A DNA stretch of 64,000 bases from Verrucomicrobiota bacterium (GCA_039818205.1 JBCBUK010000014.1:1-64000), one strand, 5' to 3'. Counted from the first letter of the stretch, positions 8,098 through 18,628 are shown. Translations and numbers: made by a program. Notes: a model not told the origin generated them from the letters alone.

Positions 8098-9324
8098 TTA
8101 TTCGACAAGCCACAAGGTAATTCCGTCGCCGACGCCGGGTACATCACTGACGTCGACCTGGAAGCCAAATGCGCGGAGCGCTGCGGCATCTTGCCGTAAG
8201 CGCTCAGCTTGCTCTTCATCGAGTATATCACCATCTTGGAATTCGCTCACAAAGGCGCTCAGGCGCTCCCACTCCTCCATGCCGACCGAGGAAAGGCTCA
8301 TCGTCGGGGATAAATTGGACCCCGACATCACATCAACCGCCTCGACCCAATCCAATAGACCAAAGCCCGACAGCCGGACAGTCTGCAATCCAGCTTGCGT
8401 GGTAAAGTCGCCCGGCGCGTGACCCCGTAGTAAGCCATGGAACTCGACCGCGATACCATGCAGCAGAACCGGATATTGATCATGGCTAATGGAGACCACG
8501 TTACTTTCATCGAGCTGCAAGTTGGGTAGAAAAACATCCTCAAGGCGCGGCGTAATCGAAAAACTAACCGGGCCTGATTCAGCCGGAGGCTGCGATACCG
8601 AAGCCGCACTCGTCGCTGACTCGCGGGGCGATTGCTCAACACCCTCGGCATCCAGCATCACTGGCGGCGCAGGCGCGAGCTGAGTCGCAGCCAACTGCTC
8701 GAGCTCTTCCGGCGTTGGCTCGGCAATGCCCAAGGTGATACGCGTATTCTGGGCAATCATCGGAGACGCCATCCGAACCAAGGAGCGCGGCAAATCATGG
8801 CTGCTATTCGTCGTCCCCGCCTCCGTTTCCAAGGACCCCGAGAACTCATAATCTTCGTTAACCAATGGCGGCTGCGCCAGTGGAGCCAAGAGTGCGGTTG
8901 AGACCCGCATCACATGCTTGAGCGATGGAAGATCACGATCGAGCGCATAGTACCGAACGGTCGCCGGCCCATAGCTGACAATTGAGGCAACGAGAACGAA
9001 GTCGGCCTCCAGCTCGTCAGCCACTTCCAACAACGAAACATCGGAGGTGAGCTTCCGACCAAAATCGTCCACTTCAGTGTCCGTGGTTCCATCAGCGGCA
9101 GCAACTTTCGCTCTGGGGATCACCGAAAAACCCTGCAAGGTCAGGTCAATCTTTAGTTCGTTTTCTAAATAGGCCGCCTCATCCACAAATTCGACACCAG
9201 CCAGGTTAACCACGAATACGGCGATATCACGCCCGCTCGTTTGCGCCATCGCCGAAGCCATGCCCAATAAAAAAGTCAGCAACCCGAGGGATAAATTCCT
9301 GCCCATGGCCATTACACTGTGCAT
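8098..9324 (-). CDS. Secreted hypothetical protein (possible C-terminal PEGA-like domain)
   Basis: Signal peptide, acidic, long ORF. Confidence 0.65.
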   Translation of the reverse strand: MHSVMAMGRNLSLGLLTFLLGMASAMAQTSGRDIAVFVVNLAGVEFVDEAAYLENELKIDLTLQGFSVIPRAKVAAADGTTDTEVDDFGRKLTSDVSLLEVADELEADFVLVASIVSYGPATVRYYALDRDLPSLKHVMRVSTALLAPLAQPPLVNEDYEFSGSLETEAGTTNSSHDLPRSLVRMASPMIAQNTRITLGIAEPTPEELEQLAATQLAPAPPVMLDAEGVEQSPRESATSAASVSQPPAESGPVSFSITPRLEDVFLPNLQLDESNVVSISHDQYPVLLHGIAVEFHGLLRGHAPGDFTTQAGLQTVRLSGFGLLDWVEAVDVMSGSNLSPTMSLSSVGMEEWERLSAFVSEFQDGDILDEEQAERLRQDAAALRAFGFQVDVSDVPGVGDGITLWLVE

Positions 9325-9391
9325 TCACCGCCAGATGACAAAGCCAAACTGACCGGCGACCCCCAACAGGACCTTTTTCGCAATTACTGAG

Positions 9392-9808
9392 CTACGAACG
9401 CTCCAAAAGCGCTACTCGCAATTCATCCTCAAGCGCCTGCTCATCTGGGGTTTCCTCCCCATCACTCAAGAACAACTGATGGCTCAACTGGAATGCTTTT
9501 TCCCGTGTTTCTGTATTCGCAAGGCGATCGGAAATGCGTCCTAAAAATCCCTTGAGCACCTCCTCGTTTCCCAGCAAGTCACGCACTCGGGTGACGGCAC
9601 GGTCGTAATAATTGTCGATGGTTTCAACCGAGTGCCAGTCCATGGCTTCCAGGCGTCGTTGGATGAGCTGGTCCTCCATCAAAGAGACCTTACGGTCAGA
9701 ATACATGCAGTAAACGAGAAGATCGACAAGCGCCTCGCGCTGATCCTGGGTGAGCCCATCCGCTGAGTTTTCACCTGGCTGGAAGAGTTTCTGGATGAAG
9801 GCTAACAT
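9392..9808 (-). CDS. TerB-like protein
   Basis: Two SD..E motifs (YSDRKVSLME, LSDGEETPDE); start likely ATG 9808. Confidence 0.7.
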   Translation of the reverse strand: MLAFIQKLFQPGENSADGLTQDQREALVDLLVYCMYSDRKVSLMEDQLIQRRLEAMDWHSVETIDNYYDRAVTRVRDLLGNEEVLKGFLGRISDRLANTETREKAFQLSHQLFLSDGEETPDEQALEDELRVALLERS

Positions 9809-10045
9809 GGTTGATAAACGGTATGGTTGGTGATTGGCGGGCGAGGAAAACGACGGTTTTAGGTACATTGGAAGGAAAAGGATTGCGAGCCACAAGGCAA
9901 TGCAGCGCTGAATGAAAAGACTTAATCAAGTCTTGTAAGCTATCTGGGGGATTTAATCCAGCTCGAAACAACATTTTCCCGATTTTTCCTGAACGGTTGT
10001 CCAGACTTGCTTCTTTAGGCAGTCCACACACTATAATTACTTGTC

Positions 10046-10546
10046 ATGGAATCGCATGAAGTCGTCAAGGCCTGCTTTCAGGATAAGAGTCCGAAACAAA
10101 TCGCGGAGGAGATCGGCGTGTCCGTTTCCCTGCTCTATAAATGGTCGCAACCCGTTGGTGAAAACCAAAGCGGGGCGGTCAATCCGCTGGACCGCGCGGT
10201 GCAGCTCAACGATGTTGCCCCGGAGAACGATGTCCTGCACTGGCTTTGCCAGCAAGCCGATGGCGTATTCATTCGCGACCCGGAGAACGCAGACGCAGCG
10301 TATCGCTACTTGCCGGCCACCAACGAGATTGTGCGCCAATTTGCTGCCCTACTCTCAGAAATTACCCAAGCCGCGCTGGACAACAAGATTACCGAGCAGG
10401 AGGCTAAAGCCATCCGCCAACTCTGGGAGGGCCTGAAGGCGTTTACCGAAGGCTTCGTCACCGCGTGTGAGGAAGGTAACTTCACCCAAATCCGCCAGCA
10501 GCAACTGCCACACCCAGACCCAGCCAGCGGCATCGATTGCCGGTAG
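10046..10546 (+). CDS. Phage regulatory CII-family (CP76-like) protein
   Basis: N-terminal HTH KQIAEEIGVSVSLLYKW, NPLDR, C-terminal ALDNKITEQEAKAI. Confidence 0.7.
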   Translation: MESHEVVKACFQDKSPKQIAEEIGVSVSLLYKWSQPVGENQSGAVNPLDRAVQLNDVAPENDVLHWLCQQADGVFIRDPENADAAYRYLPATNEIVRQFAALLSEITQAALDNKITEQEAKAIRQLWEGLKAFTEGFVTACEEGNFTQIRQQQLPHPDPASGIDCR

Positions 10547-10567
10547 CCATTGCTAGTCAACGATTAG

Positions 10568-11098
10568 CTACTGATTCCAGGGCATCTTGGAGAGCATTAC
10601 TCCCATGCCACAGGTACCAGTGACACCGGCAAACGTCAGGCCTGCGCCGAAGAACCCGGGAATTAGCAGGTACCATGGGTTCACGAATGCTCCTAGCAGG
10701 GTGCCAACAAACACGAAGCTTCCCGCTACAATTTGAACCTGGCGAAAAAGGGAGATTCCGGTGGCGCAGCTCGCTCCTTGACTACTGTTTGTCGGCCAGG
10801 CGTTCATTCCACCTTCGAGTTCGACGGCATTCTCGAGCCCGGCTTCGGACCAGACTTCCAGGGCCTTCTTGGAACGCCGAGCGGACTGGCAAATTAAAAC
10901 GACGCGACGGTCACCCGCCTCACCGGCCAGCTTGCGGGCAGATTCAACATCAAATCGATCGACCGCGTGGTTGATCGCGCCGTCAATGTGGCCGCTGCGG
11001 AATTCTCCGGGGCTGCGAACGTCAACCAAGAACAGGTCCTGAGACGGGTCACTCAAAGCTTGAGACAGGTGGTTGGGCAAAATGGATGGATAGCTCAT
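10568..11098 (-). CDS. Rhodanese + DUF2892 membrane protein (YgaP-like)
   Basis: VDVRSPGEF..HIDGA, CQSARRS, LEGGMNAW; C-terminal RQVQIVAG...GTCGM..L..MPWN. Confidence 0.88.
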   Translation of the reverse strand: MSYPSILPNHLSQALSDPSQDLFLVDVRSPGEFRSGHIDGAINHAVDRFDVESARKLAGEAGDRRVVLICQSARRSKKALEVWSEAGLENAVELEGGMNAWPTNSSQGASCATGISLFRQVQIVAGSFVFVGTLLGAFVNPWYLLIPGFFGAGLTFAGVTGTCGMGVMLSKMPWNQ

Positions 11099-11196
11099 AT
11101 CTGAGTTCTCAGTCTACTTTCGACGCACAACCTTTCAAGCTAAGGTGTTATTTTTCAGGGATTTATAAATTAGGTTTTCGACTCAAGATAACGAGA

Positions 11197-12516
11197 TTAC
11201 TCTTTAATCTGCCCGTCTCCGAAAACCAAATACTTGTAGGTGCACAGCTCCCGCAGGCCCATCGGGCCACGGGCATGCAAGCGGTCGGTCGAAATTCCGA
11301 TCTCGGCACCGAGGCCAAATTCGAAGCCGTCGGTAAAGCGCGTGCTAGCATTCCAGTAGACCGTGGCCGAGTCCACACCCTGCATAAATACCTGAGCTGC
11401 ATGCTTATCGGTCGTGATGATTGCGTCGGAATGAGCACTCCCATATAGATTAATATCGGCCACGGCGTCTTCGACTGTGTCCACAACTTTCACGGCTAGA
11501 ATGTAGTCGAGGTATTCCTCATAGAAGTCATTCTCAGAGGCGTAGTTGAACTCAATGCCTGGGACTCCATGCGCGATGCCGCCGGCATTAATCTTTTCCA
11601 GAAGCTTCGCGGCCACAGGATCGGCCCTCAGCTCAACGCCTTTTTCTTCCAAAACGCGGGCCAATTGTGGCAGAAAGTCGGGTGCCGCATCCTGGTGAAT
11701 GAACAAATTTTCGATCGCATTACACACGCCTACCCGCTGGGTCTTCGCGTTGACGATGATCGACTCAGCCAATTCTGGATCAAATTCCTTGTCGACATAG
11801 ACCGAGCACACGCCCGTGAAGTGCTTGATAACCGGGATACGGCTGTTCTCAGCCACGAATCGAATAAGGCTCTCGCCGCCGCGGGGAATAATGCAGTGGA
11901 CATACTGGTCGAGCTTGAGCAGCTCGTTCAGCGCCCAGCGATCAATCGTAGGGATCAATTGGACGGAATCGGGATTCAACCCAGCTTCGAACAACGCTTC
12001 ACTCAAGATCTTGGCGAGGGCTTGATTAGTATGAAACGCTTCCTTGCCACCGCGTAGAATCGCGGCGTTACCACTCTTCAGGCAGAGCACCGCACAATCA
12101 ATCGTGACGTTTGGGCGCGACTCATAGATGATGCCCACCACCCCGATTGGGACGCGCACTTTCCGAATATCCAATCCGTTTGGACGCTCGATCTGCTCGA
12201 GTTCTTCTCCGACTGGATCGGGTAAGGCAGCGACTTCGCGCACACCATCGGCCATCTTGGCGATGCGTTCCTCGGTAAAGGTAAGTCGCTCAACCATTGG
12301 CTTGGCGAGCTCCAGGGCTTCGGCCGCCGCGAGGTCCTTTTTGTTCTCTTCCAATAGATGGTCGGTTGCTTCGACCAGCTTGGTTGCCAACATATCGAGG
12401 GCTTTATTTTTCTGGGAAGCGTCAAGGGTAGCTAATTCCAACGAGGCAGCACGCGCCTGTTTGGCAATATCGGTGATGAGTGTTTTCAGGTTTTCCGATT
12501 CGGACATACCCGTCAT
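11197..12516 (-). CDS. proA: Gamma-glutamyl phosphate reductase
   Basis: [43 protein letters not shown]. Confidence 0.96.
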   Translation of the reverse strand: MTGMSESENLKTLITDIAKQARAASLELATLDASQKNKALDMLATKLVEATDHLLEENKKDLAAAEALELAKPMVERLTFTEERIAKMADGVREVAALPDPVGEELEQIERPNGLDIRKVRVPIGVVGIIYESRPNVTIDCAVLCLKSGNAAILRGGKEAFHTNQALAKILSEALFEAGLNPDSVQLIPTIDRWALNELLKLDQYVHCIIPRGGESLIRFVAENSRIPVIKHFTGVCSVYVDKEFDPELAESIIVNAKTQRVGVCNAIENLFIHQDAAPDFLPQLARVLEEKGVELRADPVAAKLLEKINAGGIAHGVPGIEFNYASENDFYEEYLDYILAVKVVDTVEDAVADINLYGSAHSDAIITTDKHAAQVFMQGVDSATVYWNASTRFTDGFEFGLGAEIGISTDRLHARGPMGLRELCTYKYLVFGDGQIKE

Positions 12517-12620
12517 TGGAACGAAAAAATCGCGTTACGAAAAGCGCAAATGATAACGACACCAACCGAAACGAGCCGGTGATTGCATTTTTCCCGAAAA
12601 CCACCAAGATCTGGACGATT

Positions 12621-12830
12621 ATGCCAATTTACGAATACCATTGCCCGGAATGCAATAAGGACCTCGAGATCCTTGTGCGATCCACCGAGTCCCAACCCGA
12701 CTGCCCGGAATGCGGTAGCGCGAAGCTCGAAAAGCAATTCTCCACGTTCGCCGCTGGCGGTGCTCCCGCCCCTAGCCAAAGCAGTTGCTGCAGCAGTGGC
12801 GGTTGTGGTTGCGGACCGGGCCAAAACTAG
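12621..12830 (+). CDS. FmdB-family zinc-ribbon protein
   Basis: MPIYEYHCPEC...CPECGS with Cys/Gly tail. Confidence 0.88.
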   Translation: MPIYEYHCPECNKDLEILVRSTESQPDCPECGSAKLEKQFSTFAAGGAPAPSQSSCCSSGGCGCGPGQN

Positions 12831-12888
12831 ACCGCGCCCGATCCGTGGGAACTTATTTGGCTTCCAGCCGTCAACCATTGGCTCACGT

Positions 12889-13809
12889 ATGCTGAATCGA
12901 CTATGGCTTTGTATGTTGTCTACTGCGCTCCTGTCCGGGTGCAGTTGGTTTGACTGGGCGGAAGAAGACGAGGATCGCGCTGAACTCGCACGCCGCGTAA
13001 CCGCGATCCAATCCCCGACCACCGCTCCCGATGTGCCCCAGGGCGAAACCATGGGAGACCGACGATTGCGCGATGTCTACGAGAAGCAACAGTCGCTCTA
13101 TCGCCGTCTGACCACCGAAGGTGATCAACTAAGCGACCCGGAAAATGACCGCGTGATCAATGAGGTCATGACCGAGTATCAAAGCTACTTGGCAGATTAT
13201 CCAGAGTCGGTTTACGGCTTCATCCTCTACGGAAAAATGCTGCGAGACGTTGGTCGAAGCGAGGACGCCAACATCGCCTTTGTGAAAGCCAATACACTCG
13301 ATCCCAACATCGCCGTGGTGAAACAGCAGATCGGCAACTTTCTCGCGGAAGAGGGCGAACCCGCGCTCGCCTTGGCCTACTACATGGCCGCCACTGAACT
13401 CGAGCCTAGCGAATCGGTCTACTTTTATCAGGTCGGCGAGTTACTCTATACCTATCGAAGCGAACTATTGGCGACGGATGCGCTCAATGAATCCATGCTT
13501 GAGCAGCAAATGGTTGAGGCGTTCGCCAAAGCACACCTGCTCGATCCCTACAATCGCCAGCTTAAACAACGCTACGCGGAATCCTTCTTCGACCACAAGC
13601 GCCCCAATTGGGACGCGGCACTCCAGCTTTGGCGGGAGTTAGCCGCCTCGACCAATGACCCCTTTGAGCAGCAGTGGTCCAAGCTCCAAGAGACCCGTGT
13701 ACTCATCGCTCTCGGGCGCGACTCTGAAGCGCGGCAAACCTTGCAATCGATCAACGATCCAAGCCTGCTGGACGCGAAGGCGCTCCTATCCGGCCAGTTG
13801 GGCGCCTAA
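12889..13809 (+). CDS. TPR-repeat lipoprotein
   Basis: Lipobox LSGC and TPR-like helical repeats. Confidence 0.8.
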   Translation: MLNRLWLCMLSTALLSGCSWFDWAEEDEDRAELARRVTAIQSPTTAPDVPQGETMGDRRLRDVYEKQQSLYRRLTTEGDQLSDPENDRVINEVMTEYQSYLADYPESVYGFILYGKMLRDVGRSEDANIAFVKANTLDPNIAVVKQQIGNFLAEEGEPALALAYYMAATELEPSESVYFYQVGELLYTYRSELLATDALNESMLEQQMVEAFAKAHLLDPYNRQLKQRYAESFFDHKRPNWDAALQLWRELAASTNDPFEQQWSKLQETRVLIALGRDSEARQTLQSINDPSLLDAKALLSGQLGA

Positions 13810-13814
13810 ACGCC

Positions 13815-14624
13815 CTAGAGCTCAACGAAGGTTTCGATCGGAACCGGCTCGGCAAACTCCTTGATCTCAATATTCCGAAACTGCATCTCGGCAGTTTCGG
13901 ACTGCATTCCAATCTTCCCCTCGCCCACACTCAGGTTCCGCGCGATATTCACAATTTCGCCGTTGAGCTTGTGGATAGCGTAGCCGTTGCCCATGACGAT
14001 GACCTCGCATTGGTTCCAGCCGAAGTCTTTGTCATTGGAGGTAGTCCCAAGGCGTCCGAGCCGCATCCAACTACCTTCCTTGGTGAGCGTTCCACCCTGA
14101 GCCGGGAACTCAAAGGTCTCCCCATCTTTCGTATACCAAGAAAGCGCATTTCCACCGAGGATGAGGTCGCCCGTATGATTCTGGTCTTCCAGGTGATTAT
14201 AGCGCACTTGATACTCGATGCCCTTGGGCCAAATCTTGTCATCAGTGATGTGGTAGTAGCAACCGGAGTCGTACTGCCAGTCCTGGTAATTGTTCACCAA
14301 GGTCGGCAGCCAACGGTATTCAAAACGTAGGATGTAGTGACTGTAATTGTCGTTGGTGTACATCATGCCGTGGGTCGCATTCTTGTTCTCGTCCGTGCCG
14401 TAGTTTTCCGGAAAACCAGCAAACACGTGTACCATACCATCGTTGATCGTGAAGGCGTCATCCGCTCGCGGATCGCTGGCGTTGTTAAACTTAAAGTACC
14501 AGCCATCAAAGTTCTCCCCGTTAAACAATGGGCGGAAGCCATCATCGGCGGGGTTATCGGCGTTAGCAATGGGAGCGAGCAATAGTGCAAATGCCAGACA
14601 GGCGAAACAGGGTAGAGATTTCAT
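13815..14624 (-). CDS. DUF1080 / 3-keto-disaccharide hydrolase family
   Basis: PLFNGENFDGW, DSG, IEYQ, WNQCEV, IGMQSE..FRNIEIK. Confidence 0.88.
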   Translation of the reverse strand: MKSLPCFACLAFALLLAPIANADNPADDGFRPLFNGENFDGWYFKFNNASDPRADDAFTINDGMVHVFAGFPENYGTDENKNATHGMMYTNDNYSHYILRFEYRWLPTLVNNYQDWQYDSGCYYHITDDKIWPKGIEYQVRYNHLEDQNHTGDLILGGNALSWYTKDGETFEFPAQGGTLTKEGSWMRLGRLGTTSNDKDFGWNQCEVIVMGNGYAIHKLNGEIVNIARNLSVGEGKIGMQSETAEMQFRNIEIKEFAEPVPIETFVEL

Positions 14625-14915
14625 GTCACCTATTCAGGCCGACACCTCCGCAGAGGCAAAACAAAATGAGACCGGTATTTCGAACTCAGACCAATCGAAG
14701 TTCCAAACGCTGACACCGACATAGAATGTATGCTCGGCTAAGCATCTAGCATATTTCGAATGCTGGCTCAATGAGCCGGATACTCTTACCGAAAACTAAA
14801 AACTATCTAAGCAGTTATGCTTCAGGATATTATAGAATTCAGACAAGCACTCCGTCATCAGTTGGCACGGATCGGGTTTGGTGTGGGGCACAACTCATTA
14901 ACCAAGGATAACAAA

Positions 14916-15572
14916 ATGAAGACATGGTTCAAAAGATACCGGATATGCCTGACCAGCCGAATCGATAACGTGCTGGATCGAGTCGAAAACCACGAAGCGG
15001 TCATTGATGCCGCAATTAAAGAAGCCCGGGACCACTCCGCTAAGGCGCGGGTAAAACTCAACCGAGTCAACCGTGACGGTAAGAAGCTTCGCCAACGCAC
15101 GGAACAACTCGCAGAAGAAATGACCAAATGGCAAGAGCGCGCAGTCGGCAGTGCCGAAACCGATCGGGAAAAAGCACGAGAGTGCCTGCGAAGGAGCAAA
15201 CTTGCCAAGGACGAAAAGCTGCGCCTCGACGAGGAAGCCTCCGAACACCTGCGCCTCGAAAAGCAGCTCACAGCCGATCTCAAACGCGTGGAAGAGCGGG
15301 TGCGCGAGTTGCAACGGAGACGCCACACCTTGGCGGCTCGCGAGCAACGTGCGGAAGCCGCGGCGTTAACCACCGATCAGGACATTGGCCTGCTCGAGGA
15401 CATCGAAGACGTCTTCGATCGCTGGGAAGGCAAGCTTACCGAAACCGAGATCCGAGCGGATATCGACACCGACAGCTTCAGCGAATCCTTCGCCAACGAA
15501 GAAGACAACGCGGCTTTTGACGCTGAGCTCGACGAGCTAATCGCGCTGCACAAAACCGAAAATCAGGAATAA
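14916..15572 (+). CDS. PspA/IM30 family protein
   Basis: Long coiled coil with LDRVEN, W..RA and AREC.RR pattern. Confidence 0.8.
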   Translation: MKTWFKRYRICLTSRIDNVLDRVENHEAVIDAAIKEARDHSAKARVKLNRVNRDGKKLRQRTEQLAEEMTKWQERAVGSAETDREKARECLRRSKLAKDEKLRLDEEASEHLRLEKQLTADLKRVEERVRELQRRRHTLAAREQRAEAAALTTDQDIGLLEDIEDVFDRWEGKLTETEIRADIDTDSFSESFANEEDNAAFDAELDELIALHKTENQE

Positions 15573-15591
15573 CCAATCACTCTCGAATATC

Positions 15592-16992
15592 ATGCACTCA
15601 GAAAATTCTTCACCACATCCACGGCGAACGCCGCCGCCCTTACCCAATCGCCCAACTGAAACCACCATGACTGCTGACGTCGAAGTCACGAGTGAAACGC
15701 CCGAACCCAAGCGTGAGTTCTGGCCAGCGTTGCCCGTGCTCCTTCGTTGGCTCGGGGCGATCACTCTGTTGTCGTCGGCTTTCACCTTCATCCTCAAAGA
15801 CTGGATGGGCACTGACCAACTTCTCCGCTATGGTCAATTCGTCGGTTTCACGGTTCTACTAACCGGCTGCGGGTGGTTTTGTATCACCCGCTGGAAAGAC
15901 GACAAAGGCGCCCGAACTTTCTTCGGGCTAACCGCCGCACTCCTCCCAGCTCACTTCGCTCAATTGGGCGGGATGTTTTATGCAAACCGGCGAGGGGCCG
16001 AGGAGTTCGGCGGGTTTCGACAAGCGTTTAGCTTCGAGCAGTTAGACTCCATGACACTATGGGGAACGCTGGGCGGGGCGCTCGCAATACTCATTCCGCT
16101 GACCTACTTTGGATTCTCGGCCATGGCTCGCGGGCATGCTAAGGCACTAACGGGTGTCTACCTGCTGGCCAACTCCATATTGCTGATCACGCTGCGAGAC
16201 CCCAACTTAGTTGCCGTCGTTGGCTTCGTGATGCTGATCGGTCTTTGCTGGGCCGACCATAAACTTTTTGCGCCACACAGCCGGATGCGCACTTGGGATG
16301 GCTACGCCATGCGCACGCTTCTGTTCGCCCCGTTCGCACTATTGGTTGGGCGGAACCTGGTGCTGTATCCAGACACCTCCAACCTGCTATTTAGTCTCAT
16401 CGCGGCAATGGCCTCGGTTCTCTTCTACTTGATTCTGCCGCATTGCACAAAAAGCGAGGGAGTCCGCTCAGGCTTACGTGCGATTGCCGTGGTACCGGCA
16501 GTCGGCGCTTGGTACTTTGCTGCAGAAGCCCTCGTCTTCCAGGGTGCTCCCTTAGGCAACTGGTTGATTCCAATAATGATTCTGCCGGGCTGCGCGATCG
16601 CTACCTTACTCTCAATTCGAATGGGTACTTTGGGAGGCGGGGTTCGCCGTCTCGCCGCGATCACTGCCATAGTCGGAGCTCTAGTCCAGCTCTTAACGGT
16701 CGGGACGGCAACCTCCTCCCTCATTGTCCTTCTAACCTCGCTCGGGGTGATCATTGGGGGTTACTCAATGAAAGACCGCATTTACTTCCGAACAGGACTG
16801 GTTGGGTTCGGGCTCGGCCTGCTTTACCATCTGCGCTACGCCACAGAGATCTGGCATAGCGACTACCTTTGGGTCTCGCTCGCGGCCGTGGGCGTAATCG
16901 TTATCCTCGGTTCGTCCTACATCGAACGCTACGGGCGCAACGGTGTTCGCTGGACCCGAACTTTGCATCAGAAAGTTTCTGAGTGGGATTGA
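15592..16992 (+). CDS. Polytopic membrane protein (12 or more TM)
   Basis: Many hydrophobic helices; 19 nt after pspA-like gene. Confidence 0.8.
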   Translation: MHSENSSPHPRRTPPPLPNRPTETTMTADVEVTSETPEPKREFWPALPVLLRWLGAITLLSSAFTFILKDWMGTDQLLRYGQFVGFTVLLTGCGWFCITRWKDDKGARTFFGLTAALLPAHFAQLGGMFYANRRGAEEFGGFRQAFSFEQLDSMTLWGTLGGALAILIPLTYFGFSAMARGHAKALTGVYLLANSILLITLRDPNLVAVVGFVMLIGLCWADHKLFAPHSRMRTWDGYAMRTLLFAPFALLVGRNLVLYPDTSNLLFSLIAAMASVLFYLILPHCTKSEGVRSGLRAIAVVPAVGAWYFAAEALVFQGAPLGNWLIPIMILPGCAIATLLSIRMGTLGGGVRRLAAITAIVGALVQLLTVGTATSSLIVLLTSLGVIIGGYSMKDRIYFRTGLVGFGLGLLYHLRYATEIWHSDYLWVSLAAVGVIVILGSSYIERYGRNGVRWTRTLHQKVSEWD

Positions 16993-17015
16993 TAGTCCGC
17001 TATAAGAGAGAGAAG

Positions 17016-17051
17016 GAAGGGGAGTCGGTTTCGGCTCCCCTTCTGTATTTT
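17016..17051. terminator. Terminator between convergent genes
   Basis: GAAGGGGAGTCG/CGGCTCCCCTTC hairpin followed by TGTATTTT. Confidence 0.65.
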
Positions 17052-17073
17052 AGAAGGGGATCGATTCCAACCC

Positions 17074-18114
17074 CTACTCGGCTGAAAAGCGGTAGATGGT
17101 TGTTGAGTGGAATTCTTCGTTGGCTTGGAGAATGCCATCGCCCATGTGCGGGGCGTTGACCGTGTTTGGATAGGCCTGAGTTTCGAGGCAAATTCCACTG
17201 AAGGGAACGTAGACACCGGTTTTGCCTTTTTCACCGGCATCCATCATGGCGCTGGTGTAGACCTGTCCGTAAGGCTCAGTCGTCAAAGTCTCCATCACTC
17301 GTCCGCTCGCGGGGTCTTTGAAGCGGGCGACAAAACGCGGCTGCTGGGTGCGGCCATCGCGGAAATAATACCCATCGCCGTGCTTCATGTGAAGGCCATC
17401 GACTCGTTCGCGCAGGATTGCGGGCTCCCGAAAGTCGTTCGCTTGACCGTCCACCGATGCCCGTTGATCGAGCAGCGTCATGTCTTCGTCGGCGAGCGCG
17501 GTTTCATCGGACAAAATCTGAATCTCGTGATCGAGCACGGTGCCATCACCTTCGCCCCGCAGATTGAAATACGAGTGATTCGTCACGGCAAAGGGCGTCG
17601 TGCGATCGGAGGCAAAATGGTAATCGATCACCAATTCGTTCTTAAGCGTCAGCGAGTATTCTACCACGCATTCCATCCTACCCGGATAACCATTGTGGCC
17701 ATCGGGATCCTCATAGTCCAACCGCAGCCGTGGCTCATCCCCATCGCGCACAACGGTCGGTTTCCAGACTACCTTATCAAAACCGACGGCACCGCCATGG
17801 AGGTGGTTTTTGCCATTGTTTTGAATCAACTCATAGTCTTTGCCTTCGATGCTGAAACGTCCATTCGTGATCCGACCAGCCACGCGCCCGGTGATCGCGC
17901 CCATGTAAGGATGTCCGGCAAGATATCCCTCAAGGTCGGGTTTTCCCAAGACCACGTCAGCCAGTTCGCCACTGCGATCGGGCACCTCGATCGCGGTTAC
18001 AATGCCGCCGTAGGTGATCACCTTTACGGCCATCCCGGCAGGGTTGAAAAGCGTGAATACGTCGATGGATTCGCCCGAGGGCAATTTACCGTATGGGTTT
18101 GAATGAATTGGCAT
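17074..18114 (-). CDS. galM: Aldose 1-epimerase (galactose mutarotase)
   Basis: NHLHGG..GFDK, TNHSYFNL, GICLETQ. Confidence 0.93.
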   Translation of the reverse strand: MPIHSNPYGKLPSGESIDVFTLFNPAGMAVKVITYGGIVTAIEVPDRSGELADVVLGKPDLEGYLAGHPYMGAITGRVAGRITNGRFSIEGKDYELIQNNGKNHLHGGAVGFDKVVWKPTVVRDGDEPRLRLDYEDPDGHNGYPGRMECVVEYSLTLKNELVIDYHFASDRTTPFAVTNHSYFNLRGEGDGTVLDHEIQILSDETALADEDMTLLDQRASVDGQANDFREPAILRERVDGLHMKHGDGYYFRDGRTQQPRFVARFKDPASGRVMETLTTEPYGQVYTSAMMDAGEKGKTGVYVPFSGICLETQAYPNTVNAPHMGDGILQANEEFHSTTIYRFSAE

Positions 18115-18147
18115 GGTAATCGAAGGGGGTCAGTAGAAACCCGCATG

Positions 18148-18427
18148 CTAGGCGTTCGAATTTGGGCGTGGCAAGCGCCTAAGTATATCACCTAAATCCA
18201 CGCCTGCGATTTCGACGATCTTGCGCCGGCTGGACTCGCCTGAGACCACCGAAATCCTACGCTTAGGCACACCCAAAGCCTTGGCAAGCAACTTGACCAG
18301 CTTCGGCATTCGCCTGGCCATCTACCGGCGGTGCTGCGATGCGCACTTTGAGCGTATCTTCTTGCCAGCCAACAAACTCGCTTCGGGAAGCCCTCGGAGT
18401 TACCACAATGGCAAGTTTGGCGCACAT
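18148..18427 (-). pseudogene. yggU: DUF167/YggU family gene with a +1 frameshift
   Basis: MCAKLAIVVTPRASRSE...LKVRIAAPPVDGQANAE, then in another frame LVKLLAKALGVPKRRISVVSGESSRRKIVEI. Span is 280 nt (93 codons + 1); shift near 18300. Confidence 0.85.
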
Positions 18428-18496
18428 TAGCCCACCATTGCGAGTCCTCCGCGCAAGTCAACCACCACCCCAGCGCGGCGATATCGGCGAAAAATC

Positions 18497-18625
18497 GGAC
18501 CTGCTCCAGGAATAAACCCACCGGGGGTATCTCTTACCTACGAATGCGCATTTACGCATTCATTCACAATCAGAATAGCAGGTTCAGGTAGGCGGCGGCT
18601 CCTTTTGGGGCCGTCGTCGTTTTTT
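18497..18625 (+). ncRNA. Candidate orphan structured small RNA with its own terminator
   Basis: Closing stem GGACCTGCT/AGCAGGTTC, inner GAATGCG/CGCATTC hairpin, then a 12-bp hairpin and T6; both flanking genes are on the minus strand. Confidence 0.45.
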
Positions 18626-18628
18626 GCC

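Noticed and set aside
14862..14880. Sigma-54 promoter before the pspA-like gene
   Set aside because: TGGCACG is present, but the -12 position reads GGGT rather than TTGC.
17107..18102. 331-aa antisense ORF (also 5771-6481, 36655-37392, 50578-51264 and similar)
   Set aside because: Shadow frames of well-supported genes in GC-rich DNA, with no recognisable motifs.
18192..18521. 109-aa minus-strand ORF
   Set aside because: It is the wrong frame over the frameshifted yggU.
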